Part shown: one piece after another, positions 38,667-46,052 of the stretch
How positions within the stretch are numbered: the stretch's first letter is position 1
Layout of the letters: each line of letters begins with the position of its first letter
DNA from: Muribaculaceae bacterium
GTDB taxonomy: Bacteria > Bacteroidota > Bacteroidia > Bacteroidales > Muribaculaceae
Length of the DNA stretch: 64,000 nt
Direction: 5' to 3'
Assembly: GCA_017505535.1 (NCBI GenBank)
Contig: JAFVPD010000016.1
Coordinates: 192-64,191, forward strand
Notes under the pieces: generated by a model
What the model was told of the DNA's origin: nothing
Database searches by the model: none
The model's input: only the letters and a program-made list of their open reading frames with translations
Position numbers and translations under genes: made by a program

Positions 38667-38779
38667 ATTATTAAAATTTATTGCTCAATAAACTCTCAAA
38701 AAAAAATGAAACAAGAACAATATTTTTATTATATTTTTATTTTTTAGGTAATGCCAATTGCCGACCCTTCTATATAAAT

Positions 38780-40267
38780 TTATTTACGGCGCAATCGTCC
38801 GGTAATATAGTTTAATGCTTCTTGTTGCATCTTAGACTTCAGCAACCAATTGACAATCAAGTATAAACCGAGCCCTATCGCACCCTGCAATGCAAGAGTC
38901 ACCCATGCATTTAGTGAGAGTGTGTTAATCCACATCATCGGAATCATAATCAATAATGTCTCAACAAGATAAGGCAACGAATCTTGCACATAGCTCCATG
39001 CCGTGCGCCATGTCAAACGTGATGTAATTTTCAGCATCACAACAAAGGCCAACAACGAAGCTACAACCTGACCAATTAGCATCAGTTTAACCCCATAGGT
39101 TATATCATCGGGACGAGTCCATGCCAACATGGGCAATGTAACCAACAAGGCAAGAAATATAGCGCCGTCACGCAAAATAACGGTCCACAATATAATCTTT
39201 GCTCGACCAAGTGCTATGATATAGTTATTATATAACGAAGTCAACACAACAAACACTCCTCTCAACAATAGCAACTGAAATAGTGCTATTGAGGCGTCCC
39301 ATTTCACACCAAACAACACATGAAATATAGGCTCGGCCATCACGCCAAGAAAGCCCATGATCGGGAATAACAGATAGGACGTGAATTTATTCATCTTTTT
39401 TGTGGCTCGCGCAAATCGTTCTTTATCGTCTTGAAACTGCGAAAGCACCGGCAAAAACGACGATGTGAGCACTTGGGATATCGAAGCGACACCCATCTTG
39501 CTCCACTTATCGGCCTGGCTATAATAACCCAACGACACCAAGTTTACTCTATTGCCAATAAAAAACGCATTTATATTTTGCACAAGCGTTGATATAAAAG
39601 AACTTGTCATCATAGCAGATCCCACTTTGAAAATCTCACGCAGAGACTGCCACGAAAAAGCCCACAATGGGAGCCAATGACTTGTCAGCCACAAAATTAA
39701 TGTTTTCACTGTTGATTGAGTCAATGTCTGCCAAACAATGGCCCAAGCGCCAAACCCATTAATAGCGAGAACGATACCCACAATTGCACTCAAGGCAAGT
39801 GCCACTATGTTGGACACCGCAACCATGCGCACATTCATCTGCTTCATCAAGCGATTAATTTGCACGATCGAGGCCGCGTTTATAATAAACGACAGAAACA
39901 TCACTCGCGACAATGCAATCAGTCGGCTATCATCTTGAAAACAGTCGGCAATGAGAGGCGCAGCAAACCATAGTGACAGATAGATAATTGTTGCCATTGC
40001 GATGTTAAACCATAGCACCGTACTGTAATCGAGATGTGATGGCGTTTTTCGTTGCAATAGAGCATAAGAAAAACCGCTGTCAACCATCAACGATGCAAAG
40101 GCTTGAAAGATTGCGACAGCACCCACAAGCCCAAAATCATTTGGGCTCAATAAACGTGCAAGCACAATCCCCGACACAGCATAGAGCAATTGAGACGACA
40201 CGCGATCAATAACATTCCATTTGATCGTGCGAGCCGTTCGCAATTTCATATCTGCCTCGTCAGTCAT
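38780..40267 (-). CDS. Polysaccharide/oligosaccharide flippase (Wzx-like, MOP superfamily)
   Basis: 495 aa with about 12-14 predicted TM helices and a typical PST-family N-terminus (...KWNVIDRVSSQLLYAVSGIVLARLLSPNDFG). Confidence 0.8.
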   Translation of the reverse strand: MTDEADMKLRTARTIKWNVIDRVSSQLLYAVSGIVLARLLSPNDFGLVGAVAIFQAFASLMVDSGFSYALLQRKTPSHLDYSTVLWFNIAMATIIYLSLWFAAPLIADCFQDDSRLIALSRVMFLSFIINAASIVQINRLMKQMNVRMVAVSNIVALALSAIVGIVLAINGFGAWAIVWQTLTQSTVKTLILWLTSHWLPLWAFSWQSLREIFKVGSAMMTSSFISTLVQNINAFFIGNRVNLVSLGYYSQADKWSKMGVASISQVLTSSFLPVLSQFQDDKERFARATKKMNKFTSYLLFPIMGFLGVMAEPIFHVLFGVKWDASIALFQLLLLRGVFVVLTSLYNNYIIALGRAKIILWTVILRDGAIFLALLVTLPMLAWTRPDDITYGVKLMLIGQVVASLLAFVVMLKITSRLTWRTAWSYVQDSLPYLVETLLIMIPMMWINTLSLNAWVTLALQGAIGLGLYLIVNWLLKSKMQQEALNYITGRLRRK

Positions 40268-40298
40268 CGCTTAAATACAATTTATTTTATCTATTAAA

Positions 40299-41009
40299 CT
40301 AATTCTCCTCAAGAGAAATCGCATCTACTCCGATAGAATGATTTTTCACCACGGGATTACCACGATAATACACCTTTCCCGAAGCTCCATATATTGTCAT
40401 TGCTTCAGTGGCATAACAACCAATAGAGCCGGTTCCCACTTGCACACATTTCACTCGTTGAGCTTCAAGTTCATCGGCTTGAATGTTACCTGTGCCTGTA
40501 TTGTTGAGTTTTGCTGTTGTGCATTTTCCATATAGCACCAACATTCCGTTTCCGGTGTTTATCGAGCCATCAAGCTGCATAGCATCAACATCTCTCACAA
40601 CAAGACGCCCATTGCCCACCAGGCGAGCCTTAAACGAGGGTCCCGATTGTGACGACATTACTCTCACAATAGAGTCACCACTATTTTCAACCTTTGTCAA
40701 AAAACGCGAATATACTTTTATTGTGGGCAGATTTTTTTCTTTTGCAGCATCGGCCGACACTTGTATTTCAAGTCGATTCTTTTTACTCGCAAACACTATG
40801 GCCGAAGCCCTATCGGCCGTAGCATCAAACACAGCCATTCCGGCCGAATCGGCATTGCAATAATAGTCAACATTGACACCATTTAAAACCTTTAGTTCGG
40901 AGAAATCTCCGACATTTAGCTCATAGTGCGACACCGTTTGCGCCAACCCGGTCAGCGCAACCGCCATCATTACCAATGCAACCAGATGTTTATGTAAGAC
41001 TTTATTCAT
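40299..41009 (-). CDS. GIN-domain (DUF2807) secreted protein, paralog 3
   Basis: 236 aa with a signal peptide and repeated G(S/T/N)G-containing beta-helix-like segments (NTGNGML, NTGTGNI, VGTGSI, ASGKVYY). Confidence 0.7.
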   Translation of the reverse strand: MNKVLHKHLVALVMMAVALTGLAQTVSHYELNVGDFSELKVLNGVNVDYYCNADSAGMAVFDATADRASAIVFASKKNRLEIQVSADAAKEKNLPTIKVYSRFLTKVENSGDSIVRVMSSQSGPSFKARLVGNGRLVVRDVDAMQLDGSINTGNGMLVLYGKCTTAKLNNTGTGNIQADELEAQRVKCVQVGTGSIGCYATEAMTIYGASGKVYYRGNPVVKNHSIGVDAISLEEN

Positions 41010-41022
41010 CTTTTTTTAAAAG

Positions 41023-41622
41023 CTATTTGTTTAGGACATCAACATTACCCGAGCCATTCCTAACGATGTTGAGATTTTCGGGATTTTGTCCCAAAACGAT
41101 ATTACCTGAGCCGTTTACCACTGCATTGAGTGTTTCAACAGCAACCTTGCGCATTTCGACATTTCCGGCGCCATTAATCACTACGTCAACATTTTTAGCC
41201 TTCACACGGCCCAATCTCACGTCACCTTTACCATTAACCACGATACCAAAAGCATCACGATTACTTCTCACTCGAAGAGACACCAAACGTGCATCTCCGT
41301 TGTTAATTATCTGCTCCAATGGTTGGCCATAAAACACTACAATACGAGTCATTACTGCATCGGCACTACCTTGCACATGCAATACGTTCCCATCGTTGAA
41401 ACATCTTATCTTTTTATCGGCTCTTTTATCATAGTGATATACTATATAGCCCGCCTTTTCGGGATTAAATCTCAATTCGACTGTCACATCACCCGACACT
41501 ACAACCGCATTAAACTCTTGAGCAGCTTTGAGCACCATGCGATTTATCGTTGTTTTTTCTTGTGCCGACATTGTCACTACACACATTAGCGCCAACATCA
41601 TAAATCCAAAAATCTTTTTCAT
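41023..41622 (-). CDS. GIN-domain (DUF2807) secreted protein, paralog 2
   Basis: 199 aa with a signal peptide and the repeats NGKGDV, NGAGNV, NGSGNI and NGSGNV. Confidence 0.7.
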   Translation of the reverse strand: MKKIFGFMMLALMCVVTMSAQEKTTINRMVLKAAQEFNAVVVSGDVTVELRFNPEKAGYIVYHYDKRADKKIRCFNDGNVLHVQGSADAVMTRIVVFYGQPLEQIINNGDARLVSLRVRSNRDAFGIVVNGKGDVRLGRVKAKNVDVVINGAGNVEMRKVAVETLNAVVNGSGNIVLGQNPENLNIVRNGSGNVDVLNK

Positions 41623-41656
41623 ATTAAAACATGTTTTATATTGGGTTCTTATTCTT

Positions 41657-42433
41657 TTATCGTGCTATCACATTATCTTGTTTCCCGGAAATTTTCACTT
41701 GTGAAACATTGCCGTTATAATAGATTTTACCTGAGCCATACACTCCGGCTGTCATTGAAGACAAACTCAACGCCGAAGCATCAATCACTCCCGACCCCTT
41801 GAGTGCAAACGAAGCCTTTTGGGAACGGCCATTAATGATCATGTCACCGGGGCCGTTAACCGTTGCATTGGCAGCCGATGCCTGTATATCGGCCACTTCA
41901 ACGGCACCTGAGCCCGACACCGAGCAAGTAATATTGTCAACAATCGTTTTTGCGCCCATGGCAATAGAGCCTGATCCGGCCATCGCGCAATTCAAATAAT
42001 GCGTTTTAACCCCGATAGTGCGCATACGTCCCGAGCCGGTCATCGCAAATGCTACTCGCTGAGCCAACGGTGGTTGCGAAAGCACAATCTCGCCCGAGCC
42101 GGTATAGGAAACCGTCGATAACAATCCATTGTAATATACCACTATCGTAGATATCTTCCCTTGTAATGATGCACTGCTACCCTCAACCGAGATTGATAAT
42201 CGTGCGCCCACATTGTGACAATCAACAGCTCCTTCCAACTCGGGGTGAGCATCAAACACAATGAGCCCGGCCGAATCGACATTATTGCGACATTCTACTT
42301 TTATTGCACCTTTAACATACAACTCGGTAAATTGGCGCGACTGGAACACACGACGCGACGATTGTGCCAATATTGTTCCGTTGACAATAACCGACACAAC
42401 AATCAATAGCACAACTTTAACATAGCAATTCAT
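41657..42433 (-). CDS. GIN-domain (DUF2807) secreted protein, paralog 1
   Basis: ORF trimmed to the ATG at 42433, which overlaps the dusB stop codon (ATGA). Repeats are TGSGEI, TGSGRM, AGSGSI, SGSGAV, KGSGVI and YGSGKIYY. Confidence 0.7.
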   Translation of the reverse strand: MNCYVKVVLLIVVSVIVNGTILAQSSRRVFQSRQFTELYVKGAIKVECRNNVDSAGLIVFDAHPELEGAVDCHNVGARLSISVEGSSASLQGKISTIVVYYNGLLSTVSYTGSGEIVLSQPPLAQRVAFAMTGSGRMRTIGVKTHYLNCAMAGSGSIAMGAKTIVDNITCSVSGSGAVEVADIQASAANATVNGPGDMIINGRSQKASFALKGSGVIDASALSLSSMTAGVYGSGKIYYNGNVSQVKISGKQDNVIAR

Positions 42434-43428
42434 AGGTTCAAACAATTAGGAATAATTTCATTTTCAATGCGATGCAATATCGCATTCAACTCCTCATAAT
42501 TATCGGCTCGCAACATTGCGATGCGAGTGTCTCTAAAATGCGGAATCCCCTTAAACAATGGCGACGCAGCCAAGTGACGGCGTATGTGCAAAATTCCGCG
42601 ATATTCATCTATTCGGTCAATACTTTCGGTTATCTGACGGTGTAGAATCTTAAACTTCTCAGCGATTGACAGTGGAGTACCCTTCTGCGACGTGAGCAAC
42701 ATTTGTTTCATGTCATGGAAAATCCATGGAGCACCAATCGATGCGCGCCCAACCATCACCCCATCAACACCATAACGGTCATACACTTCACACAATCGCT
42801 CGGGAGTGGTTATATCTCCATTACCTATTATCGGGATTGACACTCGTGGGTTGTTTTTGACTTTTCCAATCATCTCCCAATCGGCCTCGCCGGTATACAT
42901 TTGCGAGCGAGTGCGCCCATGTATTGTGAGTGCTTGAATGCCACAATCTTGCAATTGCTCTGCCAAAGTCACGATGATTTTACTCTCATGATCCCACCCC
43001 AATCGAGTTTTTACCGTTACAGGTATTTTCACTGCATCGACAACAGCCCGCGTGATTTCCAACATTTTAGGGACATCGCGCAACATTCCGGCTCCGGCAC
43101 CTTTGCCTGCCACTTTTTTTACCGGGCAACCAAAATTTATATCCAGAACGTCGGGCTTGGCGGCCTCGACTATGCGTGCCGCTTCAACCATAGGCTCTAC
43201 CTCTCGGCCATATATCTGAATTGCGGTTGGTCGTTCTCTTGGATCGATGTGCAACTTGCGTGTCGTCGCGCTGATATTGCGTATCAAAGCATCGGCCGAA
43301 ACAAATTCGGTATAAACCATATCGGCCCCCTGCTCTTTACAGATGAGGCGGAACGAATGATCGGTGACATCTTCCATCGGAGCAAGCATCACCGGCTTGT
43401 TTCCTAAATCTATATCGCCTATTTTCAT
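42430..43428 (-). CDS. dusB: tRNA-dihydrouridine synthase
   Basis: 332 aa with LAPMEDVTD, DINFGCP and TIHGRTR motifs. Confidence 0.92.
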   Translation of the reverse strand: MKIGDIDLGNKPVMLAPMEDVTDHSFRLICKEQGADMVYTEFVSADALIRNISATTRKLHIDPRERPTAIQIYGREVEPMVEAARIVEAAKPDVLDINFGCPVKKVAGKGAGAGMLRDVPKMLEITRAVVDAVKIPVTVKTRLGWDHESKIIVTLAEQLQDCGIQALTIHGRTRSQMYTGEADWEMIGKVKNNPRVSIPIIGNGDITTPERLCEVYDRYGVDGVMVGRASIGAPWIFHDMKQMLLTSQKGTPLSIAEKFKILHRQITESIDRIDEYRGILHIRRHLAASPLFKGIPHFRDTRIAMLRADNYEELNAILHRIENEIIPNCLNL

Positions 43429-43452
43429 ATCTCATTTTTGAAAATATCAATG

Positions 43453-43460
43453 CAAAGATA
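43453..43460 (-). promoter_or_regulatory. -7 box (TATCTTTG) for dusB
   Basis: The reverse complement of CAAAGATA matches TAnnTTTG, 25 nt upstream of the ATG at 43428. Confidence 0.5.
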
Positions 43461-43638
43461 ACACATTTAATCCACAACACAACACTACCTACAACAAATC
43501 ACACCATCAATACTATATCGGCCAACATCTCCCCTCGTCTAAACATTAAGACAAGAGTTCTTTACTCTCGGCTCGATATGTACACTCGCCACTGATATTT
43601 GATATTATTTAAGAGTTGTTTTTGGAATCAAAAGAACC

Positions 43639-44024
43639 ATGGCTGCGGTAACGAAGGTGGGCAAAACCAATGAGGTGGAGAGTGCCAAGATTATGCTCAA
43701 TGACTGTTGGCTCGGTGGCAGCGAAGTGGTAAAGAGTGATGTTGTGCTGTTTATGGAGGCTACGAAACAGTTGTCAAAAATCTTTGATAGTTGCACCTCA
43801 AGTCTAAAAAACTTGTAGAGGCACACCTTCTGAGTGACGACAACGAGAAAGACGGATTTGAGAAAGGTTGTGCCTTGATAAGGTCAAACCTGATGATAGA
43901 TCCCTGCTCGGGTAGCGAGGAAGATTGGGCGTCATGGTATGCGCAAGCCTTGTGGCTCGAGCAGTTTCGATTAAGAAATCAGGCTGAGATGATAGCGAAT
44001 CTATTTGGAGAGAAGAAAAGGTGA
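43639..44024 (+). pseudogene. Hypothetical gene in two frames (59-codon ORF plus a -1-frame 70+ codon ORF) joined at A_AAA_AAC
   Basis: ATG at 43639 and TAG at 43816-43818. The -1 frame stays open to TGA at 44022-44024. The heptamer A AAA AAC at 43806-43812 is in the correct phase. The segment is visibly more GC-rich than its flanks. Confidence 0.5.
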
Positions 44025-44049
44025 TTAATCCCACCACCCTTTCATCGGG

Positions 44050-44340
44050 TTAAATTTCTCGCCAAGAAATGGCCCAATCATAAAACGAATGAGAGCGATA
44101 AACATTAAAATAACACCAATGAGTCCCCCCCCATATATAATATAGGCAATGATGTGTATTAATATATCTTTGAGGATTTCCATAAAACAACGCTTTATAT
44201 GTTATAGATAACTTGTTTGCAAATATAATAAAATAATTTGAAATGGCATAACCAAAATTAGTCATAAGCGCTAAACGTGCTTGTGAATTTACAGACAAAC
44301 CTAATACAGATAATAAAATTGAAAAAAACAGTTTCTTCAT
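44050..44340 (-). CDS. Small hydrophobic protein with an internal G8 tract (96 aa as assembled)
   Basis: Signal/TM N-terminus MKKLFFSILLSVLGLSV. The G8 tract is at 44125-44132. With one G fewer, the frame reads a clean TM helix and ends at 44025-44027. Confidence 0.5.
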   Translation of the reverse strand: MKKLFFSILLSVLGLSVNSQARLALMTNFGYAISNYFIIFANKLSITYKALFYGNPQRYINTHHCLYYIWGGTHWCYFNVYRSHSFYDWAISWREI

Positions 44341-44599
44341 CGTGAGTTTCTTTTTTAATTACGTTTAACAATCTATCAGGGAAAAAGTTAATACTTTTAG
44401 TGTAGTGGTCCAGCACCGCCCCCGCAGCAGTATAGGTCAATCGGTTGTTTCCCTGATAGTCTCGCAGATAGAAGCGATAATACTCTTGTAAATTTGCATG
44501 GTGGTTGTCGCAATAATGGCAGATGCCGGCTGGAGCAGACCCCACCGCCAACACAAGCATTAATATTGCAACTATTCTATTCATTAATATTTTCACCAT
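44258..44599 (-). CDS. Hypothetical ORF: signal-like N-terminus fused to an RHS-repeat-like fragment
   Basis: 113 aa. Contains EYYRFYLRDYQGNNRLTYTAAGAVLDHY in a GC-richer patch. Its 3' end overlaps the next ORF. May be a remnant rather than a functional gene. Confidence 0.35.
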   Translation of the reverse strand: MVKILMNRIVAILMLVLAVGSAPAGICHYCDNHHANLQEYYRFYLRDYQGNNRLTYTAAGAVLDHYTKSINFFPDRLLNVIKKETHDEETVFFNFIICIRFVCKFTSTFSAYD

Positions 44600-44657
44600 A
44601 CAGAAAATGGACTAATATCTTTTGGGAAACCATTACCATGATTATTTTATGTTTCAT

Positions 44658-45353
44658 TCATCTAACTGTTTTAATCTTACGAGATTTCCATGATTTAATA
44701 TTTTCATTATCTTCATGAGTTGTAATTTCTATTAATGATAAAGTCTTGTCTATTTCCGATGGTATAAAATTAAAAAATAGGATTGTGTATCCATCTTTTA
44801 GCATAAAACGACTTTCTCTCGTTTCATCGAGTGCTATATTATCAAGACTATCATATATAGCTATTATATTATTCAAATAACTATAATTTCTTACGAAAAT
44901 ACTGTCTGATTGATATATTGTTGAGTCCTGTTCTTTTAATTTTGTCCAATCTTCTAATGTATATTCAGGAGGTTGTATAATGCCATCATATTTTGAAATA
45001 AATGAAATTATCGATATGGAATCAGGAACATAAATGGTATCGTTAATTTTATGCATTGAATTGTGAATTGAATATTCTGGAGATTCAATATAAATATATT
45101 GTTCGTCTGAAAGTTTAAATAATTCAATTCCTCCACTAATCCAAGATATTACATTCTTTGGTAATCTTACTGTATAACTTGAATTATATGTAATCGTCTC
45201 GCCATCTCCAACGCCTAGTTTATGAGCCCCAATCCAGTAACAGACAGAATCATGCGTATATAAACCATAATCTCCTTCTTGGATACAAAAAGACTTGTTC
45301 GCAAATACCTCGTAGGTTAGAAAAATCAATATTGGGAAAATCAATAATCTCAT
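44658..45353 (-). CDS. Hypothetical secreted protein (AT-rich, no recognised family)
   Basis: 231 aa with the signal peptide MRLLIFPILIFLTYEVFA. Composition is strongly AT-rich compared with neighbours. Confidence 0.6.
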   Translation of the reverse strand: MRLLIFPILIFLTYEVFANKSFCIQEGDYGLYTHDSVCYWIGAHKLGVGDGETITYNSSYTVRLPKNVISWISGGIELFKLSDEQYIYIESPEYSIHNSMHKINDTIYVPDSISIISFISKYDGIIQPPEYTLEDWTKLKEQDSTIYQSDSIFVRNYSYLNNIIAIYDSLDNIALDETRESRFMLKDGYTILFFNFIPSEIDKTLSLIEITTHEDNENIKSWKSRKIKTVR

Positions 45354-45417
45354 TTTTTAGATTTATTAATTCTATTAATAGCTCGCTTATATGAATCAAA
45401 GTAGTAATCGTCACTAT

Positions 45418-45585
45418 TTATTGCTCCGGCATGCCATATCGGCTCACCTTCGTGGGGTTGCCATTGAGGTCATAGCGATAGGAGGTAGAGTAGTCGGGCT
45501 GATTATCCATCATCACATCACCCAGGGGATAATCATTACCTATTATTTTAGGATTAATTTCGCGGTTTAATATATAATATATCAT
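45418..45585 (-). pseudogene. YD-repeat (RHS family) gene fragment
   Basis: 55-codon ORF MIYYILNREINPKIIGNDYPLGDVMMDNQPDYSTSYRYDLNGNPTKVSRYGMPEQ*. SYRYDLNGNPTKV matches the YD-repeat pattern. Too short to be a functional RHS protein. Confidence 0.5.
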
Positions 45586-45747
45586 AATCAGTTATTTTTG
45601 GGATTTAAATAAATCATTGATTTTTACATTCGGTTGTGCCTCTATATCTGTCCGAGCTTTATTGATAATAGAATTAATTCGTTCTGTTGCGGTACCTGAT
45701 TGGTTAGAAAAATATCTAACAGCGTTTTATCATGGCTATCACTCGCG

Positions 45748-45825
45748 TCATATCGGCATGGTTGTTAAGGTCGTTTTGGCAAAGGTAGGATTTCCGCAGA
45801 CATTTGCGTAAAGGGTCAACAACCT
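45748..45825 (-). pseudogene. Possible RHS core-end motif remnant
   Basis: The minus-strand translation ...RLLTLYANVCGNPTFAKTTL... resembles the LYAYVxNNPxxxxDPxGL end-of-core motif. It is short and degenerate. Confidence 0.25.
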
Positions 45826-45992
45826 TTTAGGCATTTTTAACGCGCATCATATTCTGCCCGAAAATCTCATCAGCCTTGATTGGCACCAAAATAGTCCTAC
45901 CGCATTAACTGCTATGAAAAATTTAACTACGCGCTCAACTTATAATTCAAGAGAAAATATAGCTGTTTTTATGCTTTATGAATTAATTGTGC

Positions 45993-46000
45993 TAATTTTG
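45993..46000 (+). promoter_or_regulatory. -7 box (TAATTTTG) for rpoN, embedded in a 9-bp perfect inverted repeat
   Basis: Matches TAnnTTTG, 53 nt upstream of the ATG. The inverted repeat is ATTGTGCTA (45986-45994) and TAGCACAAT (46001-46009). Confidence 0.5.
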
Positions 46001-46052
46001 TAGCACAATTTTCAATTTGGAATTGTTGTAACCCAAAAGTGATCAATAGTCA

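Noticed and set aside
38511-38747. 78-aa + strand ORF in the pyrE/wzx intergenic region
   Set aside because: It is very AT-rich and low-complexity (…YFYYIFIF), with a non-ATG start. The minus-strand promoter, hairpin and terminator signals explain the region better.
43467-43476. DnaA-box-like TTAATCCACA near the strand-switch between the minus-strand and plus-strand gene blocks
   Set aside because: It is a single, imperfect copy with one extra base relative to TTATCCACA. There is no cluster of boxes, no AT-rich unwinding element, and no dnaA or dnaN nearby.
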